The position numbers were made by a program, and so were the translations under genes. Below are positions 8,974 to 18,411 of a DNA stretch of 64,000 nt, piece after piece (the stretch's first letter is position 1; every line of letters starts with the position of its first letter). This DNA is from a virus. The notes beneath the pieces were generated by a model, which made no database searches, had not been told where the DNA came from, and saw only the letters and a list, made by a program, of their open reading frames with translations. The DNA lies in IMG/VR virus record IMGVR_UViG_3300022879_000002, positions 57,876-121,875 of that record. The stretch is one strand, 5' to 3'.

Positions 8974-10467
8974 GTGGTAATTCAAATGAAGCAAGTAAAC
9001 TTTATAAAAGTAATTAATTCAAATGTAGATTATGCAATTAAAGCAACTGAAAATAGTTACCGTAATAAGTTTTTCATCGTAGTTAATGGTGATCGAATTG
9101 AAAACTTCAGCAAAACAAAACGTGGAGCAGAAGGTTATATCAAAAAGAATACATTCAGTTACTATGATGATTATTCTCATGAAATGATTAATGCTGGAAC
9201 AAATCTTGAGATTATTGAATTATCATCTTTTGATATTATTGACTATTACAACAACCCTAGTATTTGGTTTGATACAATGTTTTCACGTTGGAAAATTAGA
9301 CAAAGTAATGACTATATGCTTACACTAGCTAACAAGTTAGAATGTAGTGAAAACGTAATTAAAGTTATTGAACCAATTTTAGATAATTCAGATGCTAACT
9401 CTTTCCCTTCCCTATCAATGGTTGGATTAGATGAAATTGAGGAAAATGAACTAGTTGAAAGTGTTGTAAATGAAAGTGAAACTCCAGAAGTTGCTACACA
9501 TACTGATACATTTGAAGAAGCAGATAATTCTATTACAATGAAGCTAAATGAAGAGAAAAATGGTGTAGAGCTATACTTCGATGAAATACCTAGTGAAGAA
9601 ATTCGAACGCAATTAAAATCAAATGGTTTCAAGTGGTCTAGATTTAACAAATGTTGGTATGCTAAACAAAATGAAAACACATTAACTTTAGTTGAAATGC
9701 TATCTAGTGGAAATGCTGAAACTTTAGAAGCTACTGAATCATTAGAAATAGAATTAGTTGAATTCGTGGATATTGCACAATTTAAAATTAATGAAGAAAC
9801 TGAAAAGCGTTTGATTGATAATTCATTAATCAATAATGGAAAAGAAGTAGGAAGAGAAACAAAACAACTACACTCCACCTTATCTAACATACTGGAGAAA
9901 ACAAAAGAAGTAATTGAAATAGCTGATAATAATTATAGTAAGAATACACTTATCAATGGTTTTAATGCCTTTTGTGAACGTTATACTAAGGGTTTAAACA
10001 GTTACCTTTATCAACGTTCTGTAAATCCCTCATGGGCTGTTACTGGTCGAGGTGGCTTGAACATATCTCGTTACAACAAGAAGCAAGATCAATTGCGTAA
10101 TAAAATGGTTAAAGTGGTTGAAATGTTAGAAAAACAAAAATCTGTACTAGATAAATATAAAAGTAAATTTAAGAAAAATGAAGCTTACAAAACTAAACAA
10201 GAAATTGAACATACAATTAATAATCTAGATGATACTTCCCTTTCATTCGCAACTAAACAACGTGAAATGGATTATTTCGGTTATAAATATAATACACGCT
10301 CTTATGAATCTCCTAACTACTTCTTTATGAAGATTGCGGCTTGCTACCGAATATTTGAACGTGCTACAGGTAAAGAAGTTCATAGTATGAAAACAAATGA
10401 CAAGTTAACTGATACTAAAAATTATGTAATGTATTTAGAAAATAAGTGTGTTAAAACCGCTATTTAA
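8974..10467 (+). CDS. multidomain phage protein, resembles large-polyvalent-protein-associated domains
   Basis: GVELYFDEIPSEEIRTQLKSNGFKWSRFNKCWY and PSWAVTGRGG motifs recalled from polyvalent phage/plasmid proteins. Confidence 0.5.
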   Translation: MVIQMKQVNFIKVINSNVDYAIKATENSYRNKFFIVVNGDRIENFSKTKRGAEGYIKKNTFSYYDDYSHEMINAGTNLEIIELSSFDIIDYYNNPSIWFDTMFSRWKIRQSNDYMLTLANKLECSENVIKVIEPILDNSDANSFPSLSMVGLDEIEENELVESVVNESETPEVATHTDTFEEADNSITMKLNEEKNGVELYFDEIPSEEIRTQLKSNGFKWSRFNKCWYAKQNENTLTLVEMLSSGNAETLEATESLEIELVEFVDIAQFKINEETEKRLIDNSLINNGKEVGRETKQLHSTLSNILEKTKEVIEIADNNYSKNTLINGFNAFCERYTKGLNSYLYQRSVNPSWAVTGRGGLNISRYNKKQDQLRNKMVKVVEMLEKQKSVLDKYKSKFKKNEAYKTKQEIEHTINNLDDTSLSFATKQREMDYFGYKYNTRSYESPNYFFMKIAACYRIFERATGKEVHSMKTNDKLTDTKNYVMYLENKCVKTAI

Positions 10468-10474
10468 TATAAAT

Positions 10475-10519
10475 AAATACATAAATAGTATTGTGTTTTT
10501 GTCTATTATGGTATATACT
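10475..10519 (+). promoter_or_regulatory. sigmaA-like promoter with upstream AAATACATA box
   Basis: AAATACATA 10475-10483, 7 nt, TTGTGT 10491-10496, 17 nt, TATACT 10514-10519. Confidence 0.6.
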
Positions 10520-10557
10520 AGTATTATATTAAAGGAAAGGAGTTGACACAGTGTAGT

Positions 10558-10716
10558 ATGGATATTGAGCACATTATCATGATAGCAGGCTCAGTCGTAG
10601 CAATCTTAAAAGGAATCACCTCTTCCTTAAAAGACATACACGACATGAGGACAAGCAAAAAACGACCCTCTTCTAAGCCGTCCGCAAAACGCAAGAAGAA
10701 AAGTCGTCAAAAGTAA
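10558..10716 (+). CDS. 52-aa peptide, hydrophobic N-terminus and very basic C-terminus (not in ORF track)
   Basis: MDIEHIIMIAGSVVAILKGITSSLKDIHDMRTSKKRPSSKPSAKRKKKSRQK; AAGGAG RBS. Confidence 0.65.
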   Translation: MDIEHIIMIAGSVVAILKGITSSLKDIHDMRTSKKRPSSKPSAKRKKKSRQK

Positions 10717-10776
10717 GTCGGAGGGGATTTATTCCCCTTCCCTATTGATAATAATATTACCATACTCACTTAAAAT

Positions 10777-10962
10777 ATGCTAAAGAAAATCGGTTATCTA
10801 AATTTATTTTTTATCTTATTCATGCCGTTCTTGATGTATCAGTGGATTGATTTTGTAAACTTATCTGTATTTGATTGGGTAGTAATTGTATTATACGGGA
10901 TACTAGTGATTGTTTTTATAGTTAGAATTGTAATTACGGTGATTGGATCAAAGGGAAATTAA
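10777..10962 (+). CDS. small two-TM membrane protein
   Basis: 61 aa with two long hydrophobic stretches; no obvious adjacent SD. Confidence 0.65.
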   Translation: MLKKIGYLNLFFILFMPFLMYQWIDFVNLSVFDWVVIVLYGILVIVFIVRIVITVIGSKGN

Positions 10963-10982
10963 AATGAAAGTTATATTATTTT

Positions 10983-11019
10983 GAGCAGCTTAAATATAAA
11001 TTAGCTGCTCTCTCTTTTT
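10983..11019 (+). terminator. intrinsic terminator
   Basis: GAGCAGCT...AGCTGCTC stem followed by a T tract. Confidence 0.75.
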
Positions 11020-11039
11020 ACTTTAAATTTTAAATATAT

Positions 11040-11084
11040 AAATACATAAATGTTATTGCATAAATCAAAAATGCATGATATACT
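11040..11084 (+). promoter_or_regulatory. sigmaA-like promoter with upstream AAATACATA box
   Basis: AAATACATA 11040-11048, 7 nt, TTGCAT 11056-11061, 17 nt, TGnTATACT 11079-11084. Confidence 0.7.
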
Positions 11085-11165
11085 ATATTTAAGTTAAAGA
11101 ATTACATAAATCATTTAGAAGGTTGTAGATGCAACAAGGCATCAAACCAAAAGGAGCAAATTAAA

Positions 11166-11576
11166 ATGACAACTCAAACAATCGACTTATCTTGGATCGT
11201 AGAAGGTAAAATTAAAGAATTAAAAACTTTATCTGAAGGTGATAAAATTGAGTTAGTAAATGGTGACATCATGCAATTCGTTCGTTTAAAGCAAAAGAAT
11301 TTTATTGGATCTATGAACGGCAAGCAATATAATGTACCAGTTGGAATGTTCTCAAAGTTGCTAGAAAAAGCTACTGAAAAAGTTGAAGAAATTAAAAATG
11401 AAGAATGGAAAACTTTAAAAGAAGGAGAATTTTTCTACATCTTAGAACAACGTAAATCATATGCACTACTATTCAAGTTTAAAGGAATTAGCAGAAATAA
11501 AATTGTAGGTATTAACCCTATTAATAATACAGAAGTTAAAATTGATCCTGCTTTATTTGTTGGTAAAGTAAATTAG
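11166..11576 (+). CDS. hypothetical protein, two similar beta-rich repeats
   Basis: KTLSEGD... and KTLKEGE... halves; AAGGAG RBS. Confidence 0.7.
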   Translation: MTTQTIDLSWIVEGKIKELKTLSEGDKIELVNGDIMQFVRLKQKNFIGSMNGKQYNVPVGMFSKLLEKATEKVEEIKNEEWKTLKEGEFFYILEQRKSYALLFKFKGISRNKIVGINPINNTEVKIDPALFVGKVN

Positions 11577-11621
11577 TCTTTGGTAGAATTAAACAATGCA
11601 AACTAATTGGAGTGAATAGAA

Positions 11622-11918
11622 ATGACAAGTATAAAAGCTATTGTGTTTGAAACAGAAGGAAATGAACAAAACAACAGTTTAACAATGAATCAAGTTTGGG
11701 ATAAATTAATTGACGGTGGTATGAAGACGGCAATGACTAACGAAAAGTGTAATTACTTTAATGACATCGTTCCTCATAAATCAGCTACATTTATTTGTGA
11801 AAAAGAACAATTGGAAGATGTAAAGTATTGGATTAGTTATTGTGGCTGTTCTATTAGTAAAAAGTTAGTAATGCCTGATGGGAAAATTGTTTTACGTGCA
11901 GATTATCAATGTTGGTAA
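11622..11918 (+). CDS. hypothetical protein
   Basis: 98-aa ORF, GGAG RBS. Confidence 0.65.
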   Translation: MTSIKAIVFETEGNEQNNSLTMNQVWDKLIDGGMKTAMTNEKCNYFNDIVPHKSATFICEKEQLEDVKYWISYCGCSISKKLVMPDGKIVLRADYQCW

Positions 11919-11932
11919 ATAGTTTAATTTTA

Positions 11933-11959
11933 AAACCACTTCCATAGTGGTTTCTTTTT
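11933..11959 (+). terminator. intrinsic terminator
   Basis: AAACCACT-tccat-AGTGGTTT followed by a T tract. Confidence 0.65.
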
Positions 11960-12106
11960 GGTTTACTGTCAGTTATGAATTAGTTACATTATAATTAATA
12001 TATAAAATACATAAGAAAGGAATTATGCTTATTTGAAAATGATTAGAGCTGATACATCGTATATGTTTACCGCTTCCCTACTTCACTTTGAAAAGGAAAT
12101 GATAAG

Positions 12107-12361
12107 ATGAAACTAAAATTAGAAAACGTTCTTCACTTATGTAAAAAGCATGGATTTACAGTTGGTAGAAATAATGATTGGTTATGGTTGAATAGTACTG
12201 ATGGCAGATATAGTGAAGATGAAGAATATAAGATATTAAGGGATATTGGATTTAGATATTCACATAATAAAAGTAAATTTTATTGTATATGCGAGAAAAC
12301 TAATCCATATGAAAGATACAAATCAATAACTGACGCTTACTATAGTAAAGATTATAACTAA
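12107..12361 (+). CDS. hypothetical protein
   Basis: 84 aa; WLW...LRDIGFRYSHNKSKFY is similar to the GF(K/R)WS motif in 8974-10467. Confidence 0.6.
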   Translation: MKLKLENVLHLCKKHGFTVGRNNDWLWLNSTDGRYSEDEEYKILRDIGFRYSHNKSKFYCICEKTNPYERYKSITDAYYSKDYN

Positions 12362-12373
12362 AATAAAAAAAGG

Positions 12374-13531
12374 ATGATAACTATAAAATTAAACAATATC
12401 AAGGTTGGAGATGTATTCAAGAATTATAAGGAACTATGTAAGGTGCTTGATGAAAAGGTAAAAGGAGGAGATGGAAAGAAGTATCAGCTTATTGATTGGG
12501 AAAGATATTTTACTTATGAAAAACAAGGATATAAATTTGTAATTAAAGAAATACATAATAATCCTTTAGATAAGAAAGATGGTAGAAAGATTGGCAACAA
12601 CGTACTTCCCTTTATAGATGAGATGGAATTACTCTTAATAAACTTACTATTAAATAGCGAAGATAAAGAACTAACTATATCAAATAGTAAGTTGTTGCTT
12701 ATGCTTAGTATGATTAATCCTAATTACCTTACATACGTGAATAATAAAGAACAATTATCAAAGTTAGTTGATGTGAATATTAACTTCATTATAGATTTTT
12801 ATGATGTAACTAACTCTACATTTAGATCAGCAATTAATACTGTTACTAAAAGATTGGAGAATAAAAAGTTAGTCATTCATGAACAAGTCACAATGGTTTG
12901 CTTCGTAGATACTCCAGTAAAGAAAACAATAACAGGACATAATAAGATAATAGAAATGTATACATATGATAACAATTCAAACTCTTATACTTATAAAAAT
13001 GTATTACCTAAAGAAATATATCGAGAGGCTACATCTGATGAAAAAGAATTAATTGTTCGCTTAGAGAAATATATCATGAAGAATAATTATGGATATGATA
13101 ACATACAAGACTTATTCTTAGCAGGTAAAGCCACTTCATTCTATGCAGATGTATCAAGGGTACTATTTAAAGAATTAAACATTAAGAAAGCATATAAAGC
13201 ACACAGATACACTTTTAACATAGATAATCTTAATGATGAGATGATTAAGTTATTAGATAAGTATGATATCAATGAGTTGAAGAGACAAATTAATAACAAG
13301 GTAATGATTCGACTGGATGAAACAAGTAACAAAAGGTATATGGATGCATTGAATGAACTGTTTGATACAGAATCTAATAAAGTAAGAGTAAATGTTAGAG
13401 CTGATGATAATTATGTAGATAGTATTAATCACTTGTCATCTAACCTTATTGATAAAGATAATAAGGACGGTATTAAGAATTCAAATAATGAAATTTTAAA
13501 TGAAATAGAAATTGATTTGTTACATTATTAA
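12374..13531 (+). CDS. hypothetical 385-aa phage protein, possibly DNA-binding or replication-related
   Basis: long intact ORF followed by a 12-bp perfect inverted repeat and a repeat-rich 1.5 kb intergenic region; function inferred from context only. Confidence 0.6.
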   Translation: MITIKLNNIKVGDVFKNYKELCKVLDEKVKGGDGKKYQLIDWERYFTYEKQGYKFVIKEIHNNPLDKKDGRKIGNNVLPFIDEMELLLINLLLNSEDKELTISNSKLLLMLSMINPNYLTYVNNKEQLSKLVDVNINFIIDFYDVTNSTFRSAINTVTKRLENKKLVIHEQVTMVCFVDTPVKKTITGHNKIIEMYTYDNNSNSYTYKNVLPKEIYREATSDEKELIVRLEKYIMKNNYGYDNIQDLFLAGKATSFYADVSRVLFKELNIKKAYKAHRYTFNIDNLNDEMIKLLDKYDINELKRQINNKVMIRLDETSNKRYMDALNELFDTESNKVRVNVRADDNYVDSINHLSSNLIDKDNKDGIKNSNNEILNEIEIDLLHY

Positions 13532-13535
13532 AAGT

Positions 13536-13585
13536 TTGACAGTTTAAAATCCTATTATATATTACATAGCATATTAAACTGTCAA
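13536..13585. repeat. 12-bp perfect inverted repeat
   Basis: TTGACAGTTTAA (13536-13547) and TTAAACTGTCAA (13574-13585), 26-nt spacer. Confidence 0.85.
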
Positions 13586-13924
13586 CAAATTAAATTAATC
13601 CAGTAATGGTTGAATAGTGTATTGTGAGTAGTAGTGAGTGGAGTATACTTGCTGCTACTTTTTTAGTTTAAGTTAAATAGGTAAATATATAATGTAAATA
13701 ATTATTAACAGGTTATCAACATATCCACAAGTAAGATTAATGAATATAAACTCTTCGACCATATGTCACCTGTTATATAGCGAATAGAACAGATAAATAA
13801 TATATTTATATTTTAGTTATACATTATTTATTTTAGAACATTTGTTTGCTTTTATTCATCTTATTTAGTGCTGAATATACTGTAAATAAGTGGGTATTAT
13901 AGGTAAAATAATATACATTATATC

Positions 13925-14426
13925 CTTATCACCATTGAATATAGGGGGTATGTTTACATTTTAAAGTTTACTAGCTGCTCCAATATCACCCCTACCTCTT
14001 CCATCCACACAGCATGTATAATTTTATTACTTTATACCTAAATACTACCCTACTCATACTCGTTTTCGTAATCGTACTTAACCTTCAATTCCCTTATAAA
14101 CATTGAATATTCAACTATAGTACTTTTGTCACTTTTCGTTAATTTCCCCTACTTTTACCTTTCCAGTACACATAAAACACTTATAATCACTGGATATTAC
14201 GATTAACTTGTAACGACTAATATTACATTGATCTTACTCATTCATATAAATCTCCCATTAATATTGAATATTACCCTACTTTTTAATTAAATTAACTGAA
14301 CACAAAATAACTCGAAAAACAACGATAACTCATCTTAAATCCCCTTATAAACACTGCATATTAGCAGCAGGATTTTTGTAGTCAATCGACTACTGATGAA
14401 TTTCTCTATTATCGTCTTTTCGAGTT
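13925..14426. repeat. dispersed direct repeats plus flanking inverted repeat
   Basis: consensus CTTATAAWCAYTGNATATT; cores at 13933, 14008 (degenerate), 14101, 14188, 14262 and 14352; imperfect IR 14309-14328 / 14409-14426. Confidence 0.65.
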
Positions 14427-14518
14427 CAAAAACTATCCATTATTCTATTGTTAAGTATTCATACCATATAACTTATGATAATTATTTATCTTTTGAGATA
14501 TGAATTTGATATAATAAA

Positions 14519-14719
14519 TTAACTTAAATACTTATCATTCTCTACTATATTAATTGCATACTTTAATACACTCTGTTTTGGAAGATCATCTTTAGCACAC
14601 ATAGCTAACAATCTCAATGATTCTTCAGGTTGAGTTATAGATAACTTACTAATAATTAATAATAGTGCTGAGTCTACAGAGCCATTTTCATATAATTCAA
14701 CAGTTTTTATTTCTTTCAT
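14519..14719 (-). CDS. hypothetical protein
   Basis: 66-aa ORF, GGAG RBS. Confidence 0.5.
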   Translation of the reverse strand: MKEIKTVELYENGSVDSALLLIISKLSITQPEESLRLLAMCAKDDLPKQSVLKYAINIVENDKYLS

Positions 14720-15066
14720 TTCTTATTACTCCACCCTTCCTTAAATTAAATAGTTGGAAATTATTCAATTAATTACAATAAAAACTACTTCCCTTTCATA
14801 AATTATACATTCAATCATTAATCTTACAATTTAAATAATACACCATAATACCTAGCAAAGCCATTCAGTTTTTACATAATTCTACATGATTCGACAAAAA
14901 ATCAATACAAATTTTGCCAACATATAGATTTTAACGTTTTTAATGGATTAATACTATACATATAGTGGATATTAAAAAATATTTTTCAGTTTGACTGTCA
15001 CTTACTCAAGTTTTACATTATAATATTAATAAATACATAAAAAATAAAATTAAAAGGAGATTTTAT

Positions 15067-15249
15067 ATGACTACAAAATTTAACAAAGAGAATGTTTTAT
15101 TCTATTTAGAGGAAATGGTACAAATGGAGATGGCTAGTTCTATTGAGGAAGATGTCTACTATTCACTTAAACAAGATAAGAAGATCGCAAGAGAACAATT
15201 GGGATTGGTACTGAAACGCATGAAGAAATGGTATAACATAAAATTTTAA
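15067..15249 (+). CDS. small protein upstream of the RNAP gene (position of SPbeta yonP)
   Basis: AAGGAG RBS; 60 aa. Confidence 0.65.
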   Translation: MTTKFNKENVLFYLEEMVQMEMASSIEEDVYYSLKQDKKIAREQLGLVLKRMKKWYNIKF

Positions 15250-15304
15250 TTCAATAAATACATATAACAACAATTAAAAAACATTCTAAAAGGGAGTTGA
15301 TTAT

Positions 15305-17860
15305 TTGGTAAGTGCTTTAGAAAAACAGGTTTATATCTATAGTATTGGTACAGAAAGCTTCTATACCAATAGTGAAAATGAAATACATAAAAAATTAGTT
15401 AGGTTATACATATTAAGAGGTAAATTAGATAAAGCAATCAAGAACAAAAAAGAGATTCGTGTTACTCGAAAAGAACGATTAGTTAAAACAAAAAAGAGTA
15501 TTAACAAGATTGTACATAATTATAAAAAAGAACTGACTTCACAACTTAATGAATTTAAGGGAGTTAGAGATTTACGAGTTGATTCTTTAAGTGATAATAA
15601 AATCATCGGAATGTTTGATTCAGCATTAACTAGGACTGTTGGAATGAAAGTAGATAGTTTATCAACAGATTTATTTATTGTAAGAGCTTTTTACTTTAGT
15701 GTGCTAAATAACATTATGAAAGATGGCTTTACTTACAATGGTGAGAAATATATTTATTTTTCATCTAGTGCAGGTCAAATAAGAACTAAGAAGGTTGTCT
15801 TTATTAAAGAATCATTATGGAATAAATATGAGGGTTCGTTAACATGTGGTTTGAGTATAGGTGAGATTAATAGTAAAGGTGGCTGCAATGTTAATAAATT
15901 ATTAGCATATAAAGCTTTAACTGCTTCTGCAAGCATTAAATGGAATGGTTTTGATATAGATAAAACCATTGTCGTTCCTGATTTAGAAACTAAAGTTAAT
16001 TCCATCTTTGATTACATTGATCGAGATACCTATAAGATTACTTGTAAAGAAATGAATGTGCCAATTGAACACACTGATGGTTGTGGGATGATTCTTCCTA
16101 GAAAATCAAAAAAAGCTTTTATGACTAGGCTACCATATGTAAAAGGTTTACTAGTCCCCTTTCCATTTGACGAGTTTGCTAAATTACATGGTAATACTAA
16201 AGTAAAGGACATATACGGTAAGGAATGGGATGTCATTGAAGATAATATTCAAGTTATTTTCACTAAATCTCAATTTAAAATGAAAGCATATTATGATAAT
16301 TGGAACGATTATAAAAGAAGATTTAAAGAAAACAACTGTCAAGCTGTTAAGTTGAATGAAGAAGATATTGGTGAGAACGCTACTTTGAATTATCAAATGT
16401 TACAGACATTAACTGACATATCCATTCAGGAATTAAAAGAGATATCTCAAGCTACTAGTGAAGACATTTTGAAAGTTGGTAATGATAAAGAAACTATGTT
16501 GAGAATTTTAGGGGCTACTGATGCAAATAAAAGGAAAAATCATTTCCAAATAGCACTCACCCTCTATCCAGAATTATTGAATGATGAGCATTCTAAAAAA
16601 GTTATAAAAGATAAGAAAAAATCTATGGTCAACAATGCAAGAGCAGGTAAATTAAGAATAAATGGACGTTATCTTTATTTAATTCCTGACTTATATGCAT
16701 TTTGTCAAAGATTGTTCTTAGGAACGATCAATCCAACAGGTTTATTATCTAATGGCGATGTGTTTTGCAATGTTTATGACGAAGGCAAGGTAGATATTCT
16801 ACGAAGCCCACATCTATATAAAGAACATTGTGTAAGAAATGTCATTAAAGAAGAGGATTTGAGTAAATGGTTTATTACTAATGGTATTTATACAAGCATT
16901 CATGATCCTATTTCGAAAATTCTACAATTCGATAACGATGGTGATAAAGCTCTGGTAATTCAAGATGACTTATTTGTAAAAGTTGCAGAAAGAAATATGG
17001 AGGACATTTACCCTCTTTATTATGAAATGGGGTTTGCTGACCCAGAAGTAATAGATAATACAAAAATTTATGACAGTTTATTGTTAGCATTTAAAGCTAA
17101 TATCGGAGAAGTTAGTAATAACATCACTAAAATATTTAATACTGATAAAGAAATTGATTTAGATGTTGTCAAATGGCTTACTGCTGAAAACAATTATATA
17201 ATCGATTACGCTAAAACATTGTATATGCCAAAGCGACCAGAGGATGTAGAAGAGAAAATTAAAGCTAGTATTAAAGGTAAAGTACCCTATTTCTTTATTG
17301 AAGCTAAAAATAAAGATAAGGACAATGTTTCTGATATTACAAAAAGTACAGTTAACAGACTAAGGAAAATTATTCCTAATAGAAATATCAAGTTTGAGAC
17401 AATTGCAGGTAATTTCGATTATAGGATGTTAATGAGTGAAGACATTATCTATGCGAATCGAAAAATCATTGAAGCATATCGTAAATTAGATCGTTCTAAG
17501 AAATTTCTAATTAGGAATTCAAATATTAAAGATAGAAATGAGGGCTTATTATATGTAAACAAATACATCATAAATGAACTATCAAAAATAGAATCAAATA
17601 AAGAAAAAATTGTCAATGTATTAGTTAAGGAACTATTCGGTAATTCTAAATCACCTAACAAATCAACATTATGGGATTGTTATGGCGACATCTTGGTTTC
17701 AAACCTTCGACAAAATTTAAAAGGTACTAAGCAATGTAAATGTTGTGGGGTAAGAATTGAAGCAGTTAATAACAGAGTTAAGTTTTGTGCTGAATGTGCT
17801 AAAAATATAAATAGAGAAAAAACAAAAGAAAGAATGCGAAGTTCTAGGGCGAATGTTTGA
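15305..17860 (+). CDS. yonO: YonO-like single-subunit DNA-dependent RNA polymerase
   Basis: catalytic QFDNDGD (DxDGD), plus SAGQIRTKK, HTDGCGM, RLPYVKG and LRSPHL motifs; 851 aa; C-terminal CxxC..CxxC; followed by HU as in SPbeta. Confidence 0.9.
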   Translation: MVSALEKQVYIYSIGTESFYTNSENEIHKKLVRLYILRGKLDKAIKNKKEIRVTRKERLVKTKKSINKIVHNYKKELTSQLNEFKGVRDLRVDSLSDNKIIGMFDSALTRTVGMKVDSLSTDLFIVRAFYFSVLNNIMKDGFTYNGEKYIYFSSSAGQIRTKKVVFIKESLWNKYEGSLTCGLSIGEINSKGGCNVNKLLAYKALTASASIKWNGFDIDKTIVVPDLETKVNSIFDYIDRDTYKITCKEMNVPIEHTDGCGMILPRKSKKAFMTRLPYVKGLLVPFPFDEFAKLHGNTKVKDIYGKEWDVIEDNIQVIFTKSQFKMKAYYDNWNDYKRRFKENNCQAVKLNEEDIGENATLNYQMLQTLTDISIQELKEISQATSEDILKVGNDKETMLRILGATDANKRKNHFQIALTLYPELLNDEHSKKVIKDKKKSMVNNARAGKLRINGRYLYLIPDLYAFCQRLFLGTINPTGLLSNGDVFCNVYDEGKVDILRSPHLYKEHCVRNVIKEEDLSKWFITNGIYTSIHDPISKILQFDNDGDKALVIQDDLFVKVAERNMEDIYPLYYEMGFADPEVIDNTKIYDSLLLAFKANIGEVSNNITKIFNTDKEIDLDVVKWLTAENNYIIDYAKTLYMPKRPEDVEEKIKASIKGKVPYFFIEAKNKDKDNVSDITKSTVNRLRKIIPNRNIKFETIAGNFDYRMLMSEDIIYANRKIIEAYRKLDRSKKFLIRNSNIKDRNEGLLYVNKYIINELSKIESNKEKIVNVLVKELFGNSKSPNKSTLWDCYGDILVSNLRQNLKGTKQCKCCGVRIEAVNNRVKFCAECAKNINREKTKERMRSSRANV

Positions 17861-18077
17861 GATAGAAACTAAGTTAAACATTGAAATAGTAACAAGTTCG
17901 TCTAATTTAAAAGTGGGTAATACCTTTAAAACAGCGACATATCAACGTTTATAGGTACTTTTTAAGAATACTCTCTAAAGGAATAAAAAACTAAAGTACA
18001 AAGAAAAATGGTTCACTCCCCCCTTTTTAACATTAAAAATACATAAAATACAAATAGATAAAAGGAGAAATATTATT

Positions 18078-18377
18078 ATGACTAAATTAAATGTAACAGA
18101 CTTAGGTAAATTAACAAAGGAAGCTTTTGAAGCTAAAGGTTTCGAAATGGATTCAAAACAATCTAAGGTTTATGTGGAAACAGTGTTTGAAGTTATTCGT
18201 GAACAATTAATTATAGGAAATGATATTGATGTCTTTGGCTTCGGAAAATTAGAAAATAAAATACGTAAAGCTCGTAAAGGTCGTAACCCTGCTTCAGGTA
18301 TTGAAATCGAAATCCCTGAAAAACGAGCAGTAGGATTTAAACCTGCTAAAAAACTTAAAGATGGATTAAATAATTAA
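18078..18377 (+). CDS. HU/IHF-family DNA-binding protein (YonN-like)
   Basis: GFGKLENKIRKARKGRNPASGIEIEIPEKRAVGFKPAKKLKD. Confidence 0.95.
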   Translation: MTKLNVTDLGKLTKEAFEAKGFEMDSKQSKVYVETVFEVIREQLIIGNDIDVFGFGKLENKIRKARKGRNPASGIEIEIPEKRAVGFKPAKKLKDGLNN

Positions 18378-18411
18378 AAACATAATAAAAAGTGGTTACG
18401 AATGAGGGGGT

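Noticed and set aside
9312-9890. Long antisense ORFs in the track (also 41252-41656, 50307-50618, 53126-53404 and similar)
   Set aside because: Fully antisense to well-supported genes, Ser/Leu-rich shadow composition, no RBS
13536-13585. Protelomerase (hairpin telomere) site
   Set aside because: Only 12-bp arms with a 26-nt spacer rather than a long contiguous palindrome; no protelomerase gene in the window
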